From: a virus
Virus record (IMG/VR): IMGVR_UViG_2842363717_000002
Location: 14-64,013 of that record
DNA: 64,000 nt
Strand: one strand, 5' to 3'
This document shows, one piece after another, positions 8,703 through 16,084 of the stretch. The notes beneath the pieces are model-generated. The model had not been told where the DNA came from. It saw only the letters and a list, made by a program, of their open reading frames with translations, and made no database searches. A program made the translations under genes and the position numbers. Numbering within the stretch: the stretch's first letter is position 1; the number at the start of each line of letters is the position of its first letter.

Positions 8703-9244
8703 TACCCCTCACCCCTCTTCATCTGTTTGAAAACCTGCGACGCCGAACCAGGTACAACCTGCCCGCCGGCCATGCGAAAACGAATTGCTGTTCTCTCGGA
8801 CTTATCCTTCAGCAGATCGACCGTGCCTTTCCAGATCACGCCGCCCTCGGCCAGCCGAACCTCGACGGACACTGGAACCGGCACCTTGGCGCAGCCGAAG
8901 CAGCGAACGTTGACGGCGTATTCGCCGTCCGGGAGGCCGCGCGTGAACGCGGACTCGAAGTTCAACGGCGTGTCATCGTTGGCCGTGCCGAGATCGTCTC
9001 GCAGCAGCGACCAAACGCGGCCGCTCTTGTTGCTGTAGCCGACGGCGAGATCGTCACCGGCCTGCACCCACAAATCGACGTCAGTGGATCCGGCCGGCCA
9101 CGCGATCGACGCGACGAGGTTGCCGGGCAGCTGGGCGGGGTCATCTTTTGCGGCCGGGTTGACCGATGGCAGAACAAGCATGACGATCGCGATAACCGCC
9201 ATAAGCATTGCCAGCAGCGTATCTTGGATGAGCGTCCTGATCAT
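8702..9244 (-). CDS. ExbD/TolR/MotB-like partner: single TM with Asp plus periplasmic beta domain
   Basis: MIRTLIQDTLLAMLMAVIAIVMLVL; DVDLWV, GEYAVNV beta-sandwich pattern. Confidence 0.55.
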   Translation of the reverse strand: MIRTLIQDTLLAMLMAVIAIVMLVLPSVNPAAKDDPAQLPGNLVASIAWPAGSTDVDLWVQAGDDLAVGYSNKSGRVWSLLRDDLGTANDDTPLNFESAFTRGLPDGEYAVNVRCFGCAKVPVPVSVEVRLAEGGVIWKGTVDLLKDKSERTAIRFRMAGGQVVPGSASQVFKQMKRGEG

Positions 9245-9711
9245 TCGCTCGCATCCATTCGCAGCACATATGCCACCGTCCCCATCCAAGTCGCTGCCAC
9301 GGCGCCGACGAGCGTCGAGCAGAAAGCAACGCTAAGGCCGTCAATCAGAGACATTGACATCTTGAGGAGGCCGGCCGCGCTGGACATGTCGCCGGCAGAT
9401 AGCCCGCTAGCCAACACCAGGAAGCCAACCAGATTTCCTATAAGCCCGATCATTACGGCCCAGACCTTCGCGTGCGGCAGGACGCGGGTGTGGCCAGCGA
9501 AGACGGAGACCAAGACGGAAACCAGCAGAGCGCTGATGATGTAAGACAGCCCGCTGATGTCATGCGTAAACACGAACTGCGTGTAGCCCTGCACAGATGC
9601 CCAGACGACGAGAGCGGCCCAGCAGGTGTTGAGGATGATGAGGCGGGCGGTCATTGCTCGCCGTGTGGCGGCTTCGTATCCAAGCCTGTCATTGTAGCGG
9701 TCGACCATCAC
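9241..9711 (-). CDS. MotA/TolQ/ExbB proton-channel-like membrane protein
   Basis: IGLIGNLVGF and GLSVAFCSTLVG match the last two channel helices of this family. Confidence 0.65.
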   Translation of the reverse strand: MMVDRYNDRLGYEAATRRAMTARLIILNTCWAALVVWASVQGYTQFVFTHDISGLSYIISALLVSVLVSVFAGHTRVLPHAKVWAVMIGLIGNLVGFLVLASGLSAGDMSSAAGLLKMSMSLIDGLSVAFCSTLVGAVAATWMGTVAYVLRMDASE

Positions 9712-10412
9712 GAAGCCCTCCGCGCCAACAGATCACACACAACCGAAGCCGGAACCACGAAGCCGAAGCCCGTCATGGTTGGGGTGTAGCTGTCGCCGCC
9801 ATACCAGTTCTTGCCCTTCAGCGGAGCGAGCGTAACGCCTACATTAATGCCGACCACGCGACCATCGTTCGCAAACACGCCGCCACCGCTTTGCCCCATT
9901 ACCGTTGTCATGTCGGTGACAATGACGCGCTTCCACGGTCCTGTCTGGCGGCCAGTGCCGGCGACGCGGCCGAAGGATGCAATGAATTCCATGCCAAGGG
10001 GATTGCCGATCGCTTGCAACTGCTCGCCGAAGCGCGGCTCGCGGCAATCGAGCTCGCTCGAGCCGGAGACGTTGCCGTCGGTGTGGATCAGCGCGACATC
10101 ATAGTCCTTGTTGACCCAAAGCACCGCCGCGTCGTCTTCCGTGCCGGCGAGCGTCTTGATCTTGACTGTCTTCTGGTCGCCGACGACATGGGCCGCGGTG
10201 AGAATGTTGCCGCCGCCGATATGAACGCCGGAGCCGAGGCCGTCGGCGACGGAAATCTTGACGGCCGAATCTTCCGAGGTCGTCGGCACTGCCTGGACGA
10301 TGGTGTTGGTGATGGTGGTTTGGACGGTATTGGGAACGGCGATGGCAACGCCACCAACGATCACGATGGCAAACGCCAGAATGGCAATGCTCATGAATCT
10401 GTAAAATCTCAT
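9708..10412 (-). CDS. secreted trypsin-like serine protease
   Basis: Signal-like N-terminus; GSGVHIG, LTAAHVV, DVAL, GQSGGGVF; AGGAGG RBS. Confidence 0.85.
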   Translation of the reverse strand: MRFYRFMSIAILAFAIVIVGGVAIAVPNTVQTTITNTIVQAVPTTSEDSAVKISVADGLGSGVHIGGGNILTAAHVVGDQKTVKIKTLAGTEDDAAVLWVNKDYDVALIHTDGNVSGSSELDCREPRFGEQLQAIGNPLGMEFIASFGRVAGTGRQTGPWKRVIVTDMTTVMGQSGGGVFANDGRVVGINVGVTLAPLKGKNWYGGDSYTPTMTGFGFVVPASVVCDLLARRAS

Positions 10413-10501
10413 AAACGCCTCCTCTATGTGGTGAATGAGGAGCGGCTTGGTGGGCCGCGCAAACTGCTTTGGTGGGCAGTGTTTGCAGAGTGGGGTCAAT
10501 T

Positions 10502-10515
10502 TACAAATTTGTCAA
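10502..10515 (-). promoter_or_regulatory. phage promoter/operator TTGACAAATTTGTA (copy 1 of 8)
   Basis: Contains palindrome ACAAATTTGT fused to a TTGACA -35 box; heads the accessory operon. Confidence 0.7.
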
Positions 10516-10557
10516 TGAGCACTTGCGCGGCGACATGTAGAACATTATAAGAACCTC

Positions 10558-10791
10558 ATGAGGTTTATCGAAATCAAAAACTGGACGCCTGGGTATCTGA
10601 ACGTCACGCCACAGCACGTCACGATCCTTGCCGCCTGCGTTGTCTGCGGGTCGGAACGGGAATTTGATAGATGCGCCGTGCCGGTTGATGCCAAGCACGC
10701 GCTGATCGTCGATATCGAGGCGCGCCTTCGTTGCGCAGCCTGCGGCGCCAGGGCCGGTCGTTTGCGTTTCGGCAGCTATGCAGAAGACTGA
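10558..10791 (+). CDS. small Zn-ribbon moron protein
   Basis: CVVC...CAAC; opposite orientation to the late genes. Confidence 0.6.
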   Translation: MRFIEIKNWTPGYLNVTPQHVTILAACVVCGSEREFDRCAVPVDAKHALIVDIEARLRCAACGARAGRLRFGSYAED

Positions 10792-10794
10792 AAC

Positions 10795-10830
10795 GAAAAA
10801 AGCGCCCTCCCCTTAACCGGGGAGGGCGCT
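10795..10830 (-). terminator. intrinsic terminator
   Basis: 12-bp stem AGCGCCCTCCCC/GGGGAGGGCGCT with a U-tract on the minus strand. Confidence 0.75.
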
Positions 10831-10868
10831 TCGGAAAGTTTATGCCACCCACTGAGGCGGTAATGGAT

Positions 10869-11057
10869 CTAGTAACGAGGGTCGGTTGCTATGCCATATG
10901 TAACTGGCTGCACATAAACAGCCTCTTCCTTGTTTTTAAGCAAGGGTTTTACGCGGGCTTTCTCCGCCTCTGCCAGTTCTTCGGTGTCCCAAGCTGACAA
11001 GATATCCTCTTGCGGACCCCAATCATAAACGTGGATCACCAACCATTTATCAGCCAT
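10869..11057 (-). CDS. small hypothetical protein
   Basis: GGAGG RBS; ORF track. Confidence 0.6.
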   Translation of the reverse strand: MADKWLVIHVYDWGPQEDILSAWDTEELAEAEKARVKPLLKNKEEAVYVQPVTYGIATDPRY

Positions 11058-11082
11058 GAATGCCCTCCATGTTAGGTAGCCG

Positions 11083-13641
11083 CTATGCTACCTGCGGCAA
11101 GATCGGATGGTTGACGTCGCGTGCCAGCAGCTTCGTCCGCAGCGTGGTATAGTCCACGTTCTGCACCTCAACGTTACCATCGATCGCCATGGAAGCCATG
11201 ACGCCAGCAGCCTCGCCTTTCAGGCCTCCGGTTGGCTCAAGGCGCCCCATGTACCAGCAGAGGATCGTCTGCGAAGACGCCCACGGCACGATAACGTTCG
11301 TCTTTGTCGCCACATCCGGAACGATTTCCTCGAGAGGAATCGGTGCTATCTTGTCGACACCAGCCACAAGGCCACCAGGAACAGAGCCCTGAGTATAGAG
11401 AAGGCCGCCTGATGCCACTTTCCAGGCTGGATGCTTGTCGCAGTCGTAGGATGTTACCGCCACAGTCTTGAGAGACCGCGGCGTAGATCCATCCGTCTTG
11501 CAGTAGTCCTGAGCCGTCGAGACGTAGCCGGTGTTCTTCAGGCGCCATATCGGATCACGCTGATACGGGCGGTTCGGCCAGAACAGAAGCCCACCCGGTC
11601 CAGGATTGAGGAACGTGCCAGCATCAAGGCCAAGAGCTTGGAACTGTGTGACGAGCGTTGATGGAATGCGGCTGTCGCCGGAGTTCGCGTGCCACCAGAA
11701 CCAGCCGAGCTGATAGTCTCTTAGATCGTCAATGACGGCCAGCTGGGCAGCCCTGTTTGCCGCCGTAGCGTATCGATAGCCACTGCCCGGCAAGTCCGTA
11801 GACAGGCCGCCGGAGCCATTGTTGACGTCCATCTTGTTTGTTGTGCCGCCAACGGCAAACTGCAGAATGGTCGTTGTAACGGCAGGGTTGCCGATCGTCA
11901 CGCCGGTATTGGTGACATACGCGCGCCCTGCAGTCTCGTAGCGCAGCGGGTTGTAGTTCCGATGCGGGTCTATGGTCGTGACCGGAACCAAGCGCGCCGG
12001 GTCCGTCGTCATCGCCAAGCGGTAGTTCATGCTCTGAATCGAAGGATCGGGGCCGTCCAAAGTCAGGCCTGGGAGCGGCATAGTGCCCTGAATATCCGGA
12101 AGCAGGCCGGATCCAGAATTGCCAGCCACGATATATGGATCGATATCAGAGCCATAGGGCTTGCTCAGAGCGGTGGAGCCCTTGTAGCCGTTGTTAGCTT
12201 CAGAACCAGATCCAGCCGCCTCACTTCCGGTGAAGGTGGGCATGCCTGGCGACTTGTGAATGTATTCGCCGTCGTAGTCCGCAGCAATGAACTGCCGAGC
12301 CGTGAACGTCCGGCCATCGTTCGTAACAAGGGACGTGTCTTTCTGTCCGGCAGAGGTGATATAGCCAATGCCCGTCGAGAAGTAGACCGGTATATCCTGC
12401 CCGAGGATGAGCGTTCCATTCTGCCGTGTCGGGTCGAGCATGCGACGAACACCACACACGAACTGCCAACTTTCAACGGAGTTGCCAGTCTGCGTGTTCG
12501 TATCGGCGCGGTTGATGATCGCGCTGTTTACCCATGACGTGAGGTCTCGATAAAGACCCTTGAGCGCCGTGAAGTTGTAGCAGTCCACATAGGCCAGACC
12601 GGACGCCGGCATCCCGCCGATATCCCAATCGGTCTTCGCCAGATCGTCGAGGACGATGGCAACCGTCTTGCCTTCCTGCTTGGCTGCGTAGGCAGCACAG
12701 ACCGCCGTCCAGCTGGCGCCGTAGACGAGAACATCATAGTCGGCCGTCGTCGGCGCCTTGCCGGCATGGTAATAGTTCACCGTGCCGAAGCGGATCTTGT
12801 AGTAATAATCCAGCAGAGCGGCGCTGATCTCTCGGCACTGCGCATCGGTCAACGTCACGTCGAAGATGGCGAACAGGCCGCAGTCGTGAGCCGATACCGC
12901 GCCACCGTTGATTCCGCCAAGGTGGATGGTCGGATTGGTGGCTGGCGCGACATAGGTTGGCGCCGGAGCCTCACGCGTGATGCCGAAGGTATCAAGGCTG
13001 TTTGGGCGGATGGAATGCATGCCCTGGCCGGGCGTGATCGTCGTCGAGGTCGATGCATAGTTCGCGGCCTGCAAGCGGGCATTGAACTTGTTGGACGCGT
13101 CCCTAACATTCGCTCCGATACCGTCGCCGCCGGCCGTCTGGGCGCCGAAGTCGCCGCCGGCGGCGCCTGTAGCCGTTCGCGAATAATAAAAGATCGTGAA
13201 CTGGCCTTGGGTGAAGCTCTGAAGTCCAATGCCGGTGTTGTATTTCGTGGTTGAGGACCAGCCGCCCCACCGGTCATTTGCCGTATAGGTTGGCACTCCG
13301 GCGCCGGTCAGTGTCAGATCGTTCGTGCCCGGGTGGAATTTGTTCAGGCGACTGTTGATCTCGGTCGGCGTGTCAGGGGTGTAGAGGCCCTTGGCATTCG
13401 ACATGCTCACGCCAGCGCCCTTGACGCGCGTGATAACTTCATCATACGCCAGCTTCTCCGAGCGGCGCATGGTGATCCCCTGCCCGGCCTTGGCCGTCTC
13501 CAGCGTCGTTGTTTCAGCTTGGAAAACGAAATCCGGCAGAGGGGTGCCGATTACGCCGCCAGGCAGCGCAATGGCACCTCCCAAGGCGATGATGGCGACG
13601 AGCGACGCCCCTCGCCTCAAACTCGATTTGAGCCCCGCCAT
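11083..13641 (-). CDS. large protein: beta-rich N-terminal domain plus FAD-dependent oxidoreductase-like domain
   Basis: YDVLVYGASWTAVCAAYAAKQEGKTVAIV, IGGM.ASGL, FIAADYDGE, RLEP. Confidence 0.6.
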   Translation of the reverse strand: MAGLKSSLRRGASLVAIIALGGAIALPGGVIGTPLPDFVFQAETTTLETAKAGQGITMRRSEKLAYDEVITRVKGAGVSMSNAKGLYTPDTPTEINSRLNKFHPGTNDLTLTGAGVPTYTANDRWGGWSSTTKYNTGIGLQSFTQGQFTIFYYSRTATGAAGGDFGAQTAGGDGIGANVRDASNKFNARLQAANYASTSTTITPGQGMHSIRPNSLDTFGITREAPAPTYVAPATNPTIHLGGINGGAVSAHDCGLFAIFDVTLTDAQCREISAALLDYYYKIRFGTVNYYHAGKAPTTADYDVLVYGASWTAVCAAYAAKQEGKTVAIVLDDLAKTDWDIGGMPASGLAYVDCYNFTALKGLYRDLTSWVNSAIINRADTNTQTGNSVESWQFVCGVRRMLDPTRQNGTLILGQDIPVYFSTGIGYITSAGQKDTSLVTNDGRTFTARQFIAADYDGEYIHKSPGMPTFTGSEAAGSGSEANNGYKGSTALSKPYGSDIDPYIVAGNSGSGLLPDIQGTMPLPGLTLDGPDPSIQSMNYRLAMTTDPARLVPVTTIDPHRNYNPLRYETAGRAYVTNTGVTIGNPAVTTTILQFAVGGTTNKMDVNNGSGGLSTDLPGSGYRYATAANRAAQLAVIDDLRDYQLGWFWWHANSGDSRIPSTLVTQFQALGLDAGTFLNPGPGGLLFWPNRPYQRDPIWRLKNTGYVSTAQDYCKTDGSTPRSLKTVAVTSYDCDKHPAWKVASGGLLYTQGSVPGGLVAGVDKIAPIPLEEIVPDVATKTNVIVPWASSQTILCWYMGRLEPTGGLKGEAAGVMASMAIDGNVEVQNVDYTTLRTKLLARDVNHPILPQVA

Positions 13642-13642
13642 G

Positions 13643-13957
13643 TTACGCGGCGATCCACTGGAACTTGTCGTTCGGCTCGGCGTAGACGTCGTAATCCGTG
13701 GCCGCCGGCACGAGAAAGCGCTTGCCGGTCGTTGCATCCGGCGTCGGACCTACCGACACCCACGAGTCCGCAGCGGCACGAATGCGAAACATCGCCTGGC
13801 CAGAGCCAGAGTTTTCGCCTGGTGCAGAATTGGTGGATGTGACTCCGGTGGCCGGCGCCTCGCTCCACGCGATCTTGCCGAGGATGGCCTGAGACTTGTC
13901 TCGAGCGAAAAGAGAGCCGGGATAACCGCAAACGACATGAAGGCCTGAGAAAGCCAT
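13643..13957 (-). CDS. phage hypothetical protein
   Basis: GGAGAC RBS with CCACCAC motif. Confidence 0.7.
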   Translation of the reverse strand: MAFSGLHVVCGYPGSLFARDKSQAILGKIAWSEAPATGVTSTNSAPGENSGSGQAMFRIRAAADSWVSVGPTPDATTGKRFLVPAATDYDVYAEPNDKFQWIAA

Positions 13958-14009
13958 GGTAGTCTCCTGAAATGTGGTGGTGTTGGTCGGCCATGGTGCG
14001 GCCAGTGGA

Positions 14010-14315
14010 TCAGCCGCGCGTGGTGCGCCGTGGCTGGTTTTCGTAGAGGCGGTCTAACCGGTCGTTGAGGCCGTCGATGCGATTGCCGACGCCCTCGATC
14101 GCTTTCATGATGGCTGATGTCTGCTCGTGCATCCCAGCCTTGGTTACGTATGTTTCTGCGGTGTGCAACTTGTGTTGAGCCAGGTCGGCCGTATTCTTGT
14201 CGGCCTTGTCCTCGGCGACCTTCACCTTGGCCTCGACGCGCGCCCAGACGCGCCAGCCGGCCCCGGCGAGCATTATAAAGAAGCCGACGACGGCCATGAT
14301 TTCGGGGCCGGTCAT
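14010..14315 (-). CDS. TM plus coiled-coil protein of the lysis cassette (holin-associated)
   Basis: N-terminal TM, coupled to the spanin gene. Confidence 0.55.
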   Translation of the reverse strand: MTGPEIMAVVGFFIMLAGAGWRVWARVEAKVKVAEDKADKNTADLAQHKLHTAETYVTKAGMHEQTSAIMKAIEGVGNRIDGLNDRLDRLYENQPRRTTRG

Positions 14316-14614
14316 TTGCCGCCCTCCAGCGCCGCGTCACGATCGGCATAGAAGTCGCGCAGTGCCAGATGGCGCCGAATGCACGTCAGCAGTCGTTCCC
14401 GGTCGGTGATCCAGAACTTTTCGACTTGCGCCTGGGTCAGCGGCTTGTCGCCGACATCCACCGGGCCGAGGCACTTTATCGTCAATGCGGTGTCCGGCCG
14501 CGCCAAGCGTGGTGGCGTCGGCGGAACAACAAGCCTATCGGACCGAGTTAATGCGCTGCACGCCGGTAGCGCCAACAGCAGGGCGGCCAGCGTCAGGATC
14601 TTGGCTAGCTTCAC
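14312..14614 (-). CDS. o-spanin (Rz1-like lipoprotein)
   Basis: GTG start; signal peptide with lipobox LPA-C; Pro-rich; overlaps the i-spanin gene. Confidence 0.7.
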   Translation of the reverse strand: MKLAKILTLAALLLALPACSALTRSDRLVVPPTPPRLARPDTALTIKCLGPVDVGDKPLTQAQVEKFWITDRERLLTCIRRHLALRDFYADRDAALEGGK

Positions 14615-14906
14615 GCTGCAGTTCCTCAATTCTAGAATGGAGATTATCGGCTTCGGCTTGCATGTCAGCGATGCGGGCAGCCTCGCGGGCCTTGGCGGCA
14701 TTGTTCGCGGCAGCCTGCCGCTCGGTCTCGGCGTTTGCGGCGTCCGACGCGGCCTGCTTGAGCTCGGCGATTTCGGCCTTGTATTTCAAGCTAGCCGCGT
14801 CATACCCGTTGTTGTAGATGGTCGAGACGCCCCACCAAACGGCGAGCGCGAGCAGGACCACGGCGATGCCGTAGCCAACCCATTTGTTTGCGAGCGCGCC
14901 AATCAT
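14535..14906 (-). CDS. i-spanin (Rz-like)
   Basis: N-terminal TM plus Ala-rich coiled coil directly after the endolysin. Confidence 0.7.
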   Translation of the reverse strand: MIGALANKWVGYGIAVVLLALAVWWGVSTIYNNGYDAASLKYKAEIAELKQAASDAANAETERQAAANNAAKAREAARIADMQAEADNLHSRIEELQREASQDPDAGRPAVGATGVQRINSVR

Positions 14907-15499
14907 TGCGACAGCCCCGACACGCAGATCTCAGCCTCGCCGGCGCGCTGGGCATCGCCCATCTCGCGCCGCTTTACGAGCCCTTGCACGATGTGGCCGC
15001 CAGCCTTGTTCCATGCCGTCTGCGCCTCGCAGGCCTCACGATAGCGACCCTGCACTGCCAACCGTGCCGCGGTCGAATTGACCATGCCGGAGACACCGAA
15101 GTTATAGGCGCCGGAAATCATCGCGGCCTGCACGCCGATCGGGAACCGGGTGAAGCCCTTGATCTGCTTCGTCAGCGGCTCGTAGTAGTCGCGCTTGACG
15201 CGGACCTCGAGGATGGCGTCGCATTCCGCCGGCGTCTTCGTGAGCCCGGGCGGAACGGGCTTGCCGTCGATCTGGGTCTCGCCATGGCAGATGTCATAGA
15301 TATTGGCGAAAGGATCCCAGTGCGACTTTAGCACGAGACCCTCCCACGGCTTGATGAGCGTGTCGGTCGCGAGAATGACGGCCGCCGGCCGCTCTGGCTC
15401 TTTGAAATACGAGCCGCCACCGGCAAGCACCGCCGCAAGAACAGCAGCGGCGATCGCCGACTTGCCGCGCTTGGTGGCGACAATCTTATTGATCGGCAA
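14903..15499 (-). CDS. endolysin, GH24 lysozyme (possibly SAR type)
   Basis: WEG...DICHGET catalytic pattern, AYNFG, CEAQTAWNKAGG..GLVKRR; TTG start after GGAGG; weakly hydrophobic N-terminus. Confidence 0.88.
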   Translation of the reverse strand: MPINKIVATKRGKSAIAAAVLAAVLAGGGSYFKEPERPAAVILATDTLIKPWEGLVLKSHWDPFANIYDICHGETQIDGKPVPPGLTKTPAECDAILEVRVKRDYYEPLTKQIKGFTRFPIGVQAAMISGAYNFGVSGMVNSTAARLAVQGRYREACEAQTAWNKAGGHIVQGLVKRREMGDAQRAGEAEICVSGLSQ

Positions 15500-15737
15500 C
15501 TGGTGCCTCCTTCTTTTGGGTGAGCAGCCGCGCGACGTACGCACCGCCTAGCAGCGCAAGCGTCAGCCACCACGGCAGGTAGTCGCCGATGACCGGCACG
15601 ACATTGAGGATGACGTCGGCAACCGCGGCGAGCTCGATGAGGCGGAGCGACCAGGCTTTTTTGTAGACTGCGGCCGCATCAGGGATCAGCACACGCGCGA
15701 CAGCGTCACGCGTGCTGGTTATCAGCATGCGAAGCAT
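15486..15737 (-). CDS. putative holin
   Basis: Small 2-TM protein immediately upstream of the endolysin. Confidence 0.55.
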   Translation of the reverse strand: MLRMLITSTRDAVARVLIPDAAAVYKKAWSLRLIELAAVADVILNVVPVIGDYLPWWLTLALLGGAYVARLLTQKKEAPVADQ

Positions 15738-15793
15738 GGTGGGGCTCCGTTAAGGTTGAAATAGTCGAGGTGACGCGTTAATGTCGCCGCATA

Positions 15794-16084
15794 TTGATGA
15801 CGCGAGGGCGCGATATGATCAAAGAACTATTTGGGCTTTACTGCTGGTGCTGGACCGGCCTGCCGCGCGCGCTCTTTCGCAAGATCTTCCCCGAGCAGAT
15901 ACGACCAGCCGATTACCATTGGTCCAAATACGATTCGGCTTTTGCGGCGGTCGTTCGCCTGACCAACGGTGAGTGGTCGTCGGGCAACGGCACCTTATGG
16001 CGCCGCCGCCGCTCGTCAGATGACCGATGGGAATATCAGCAAGACGAAGAAACACTAGAAGAGCAGATGGATCGCATCATTTAG
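15794..16084 (+). CDS. moron hypothetical protein
   Basis: Opposite-strand ORF filling the gap between tail fibre and lysis genes. Confidence 0.55.
   Translation: MMTRGRDMIKELFGLYCWCWTGLPRALFRKIFPEQIRPADYHWSKYDSAFAAVVRLTNGEWSSGNGTLWRRRRSSDDRWEYQQDEETLEEQMDRII

Noticed and set aside
8702-9711. Zorya anti-phage system
   Set aside because: The MotA-like protein is only 156 aa with no long cytoplasmic tail, the partner lacks an OmpA-like motif, and no ZorC/D/E genes are adjacent.
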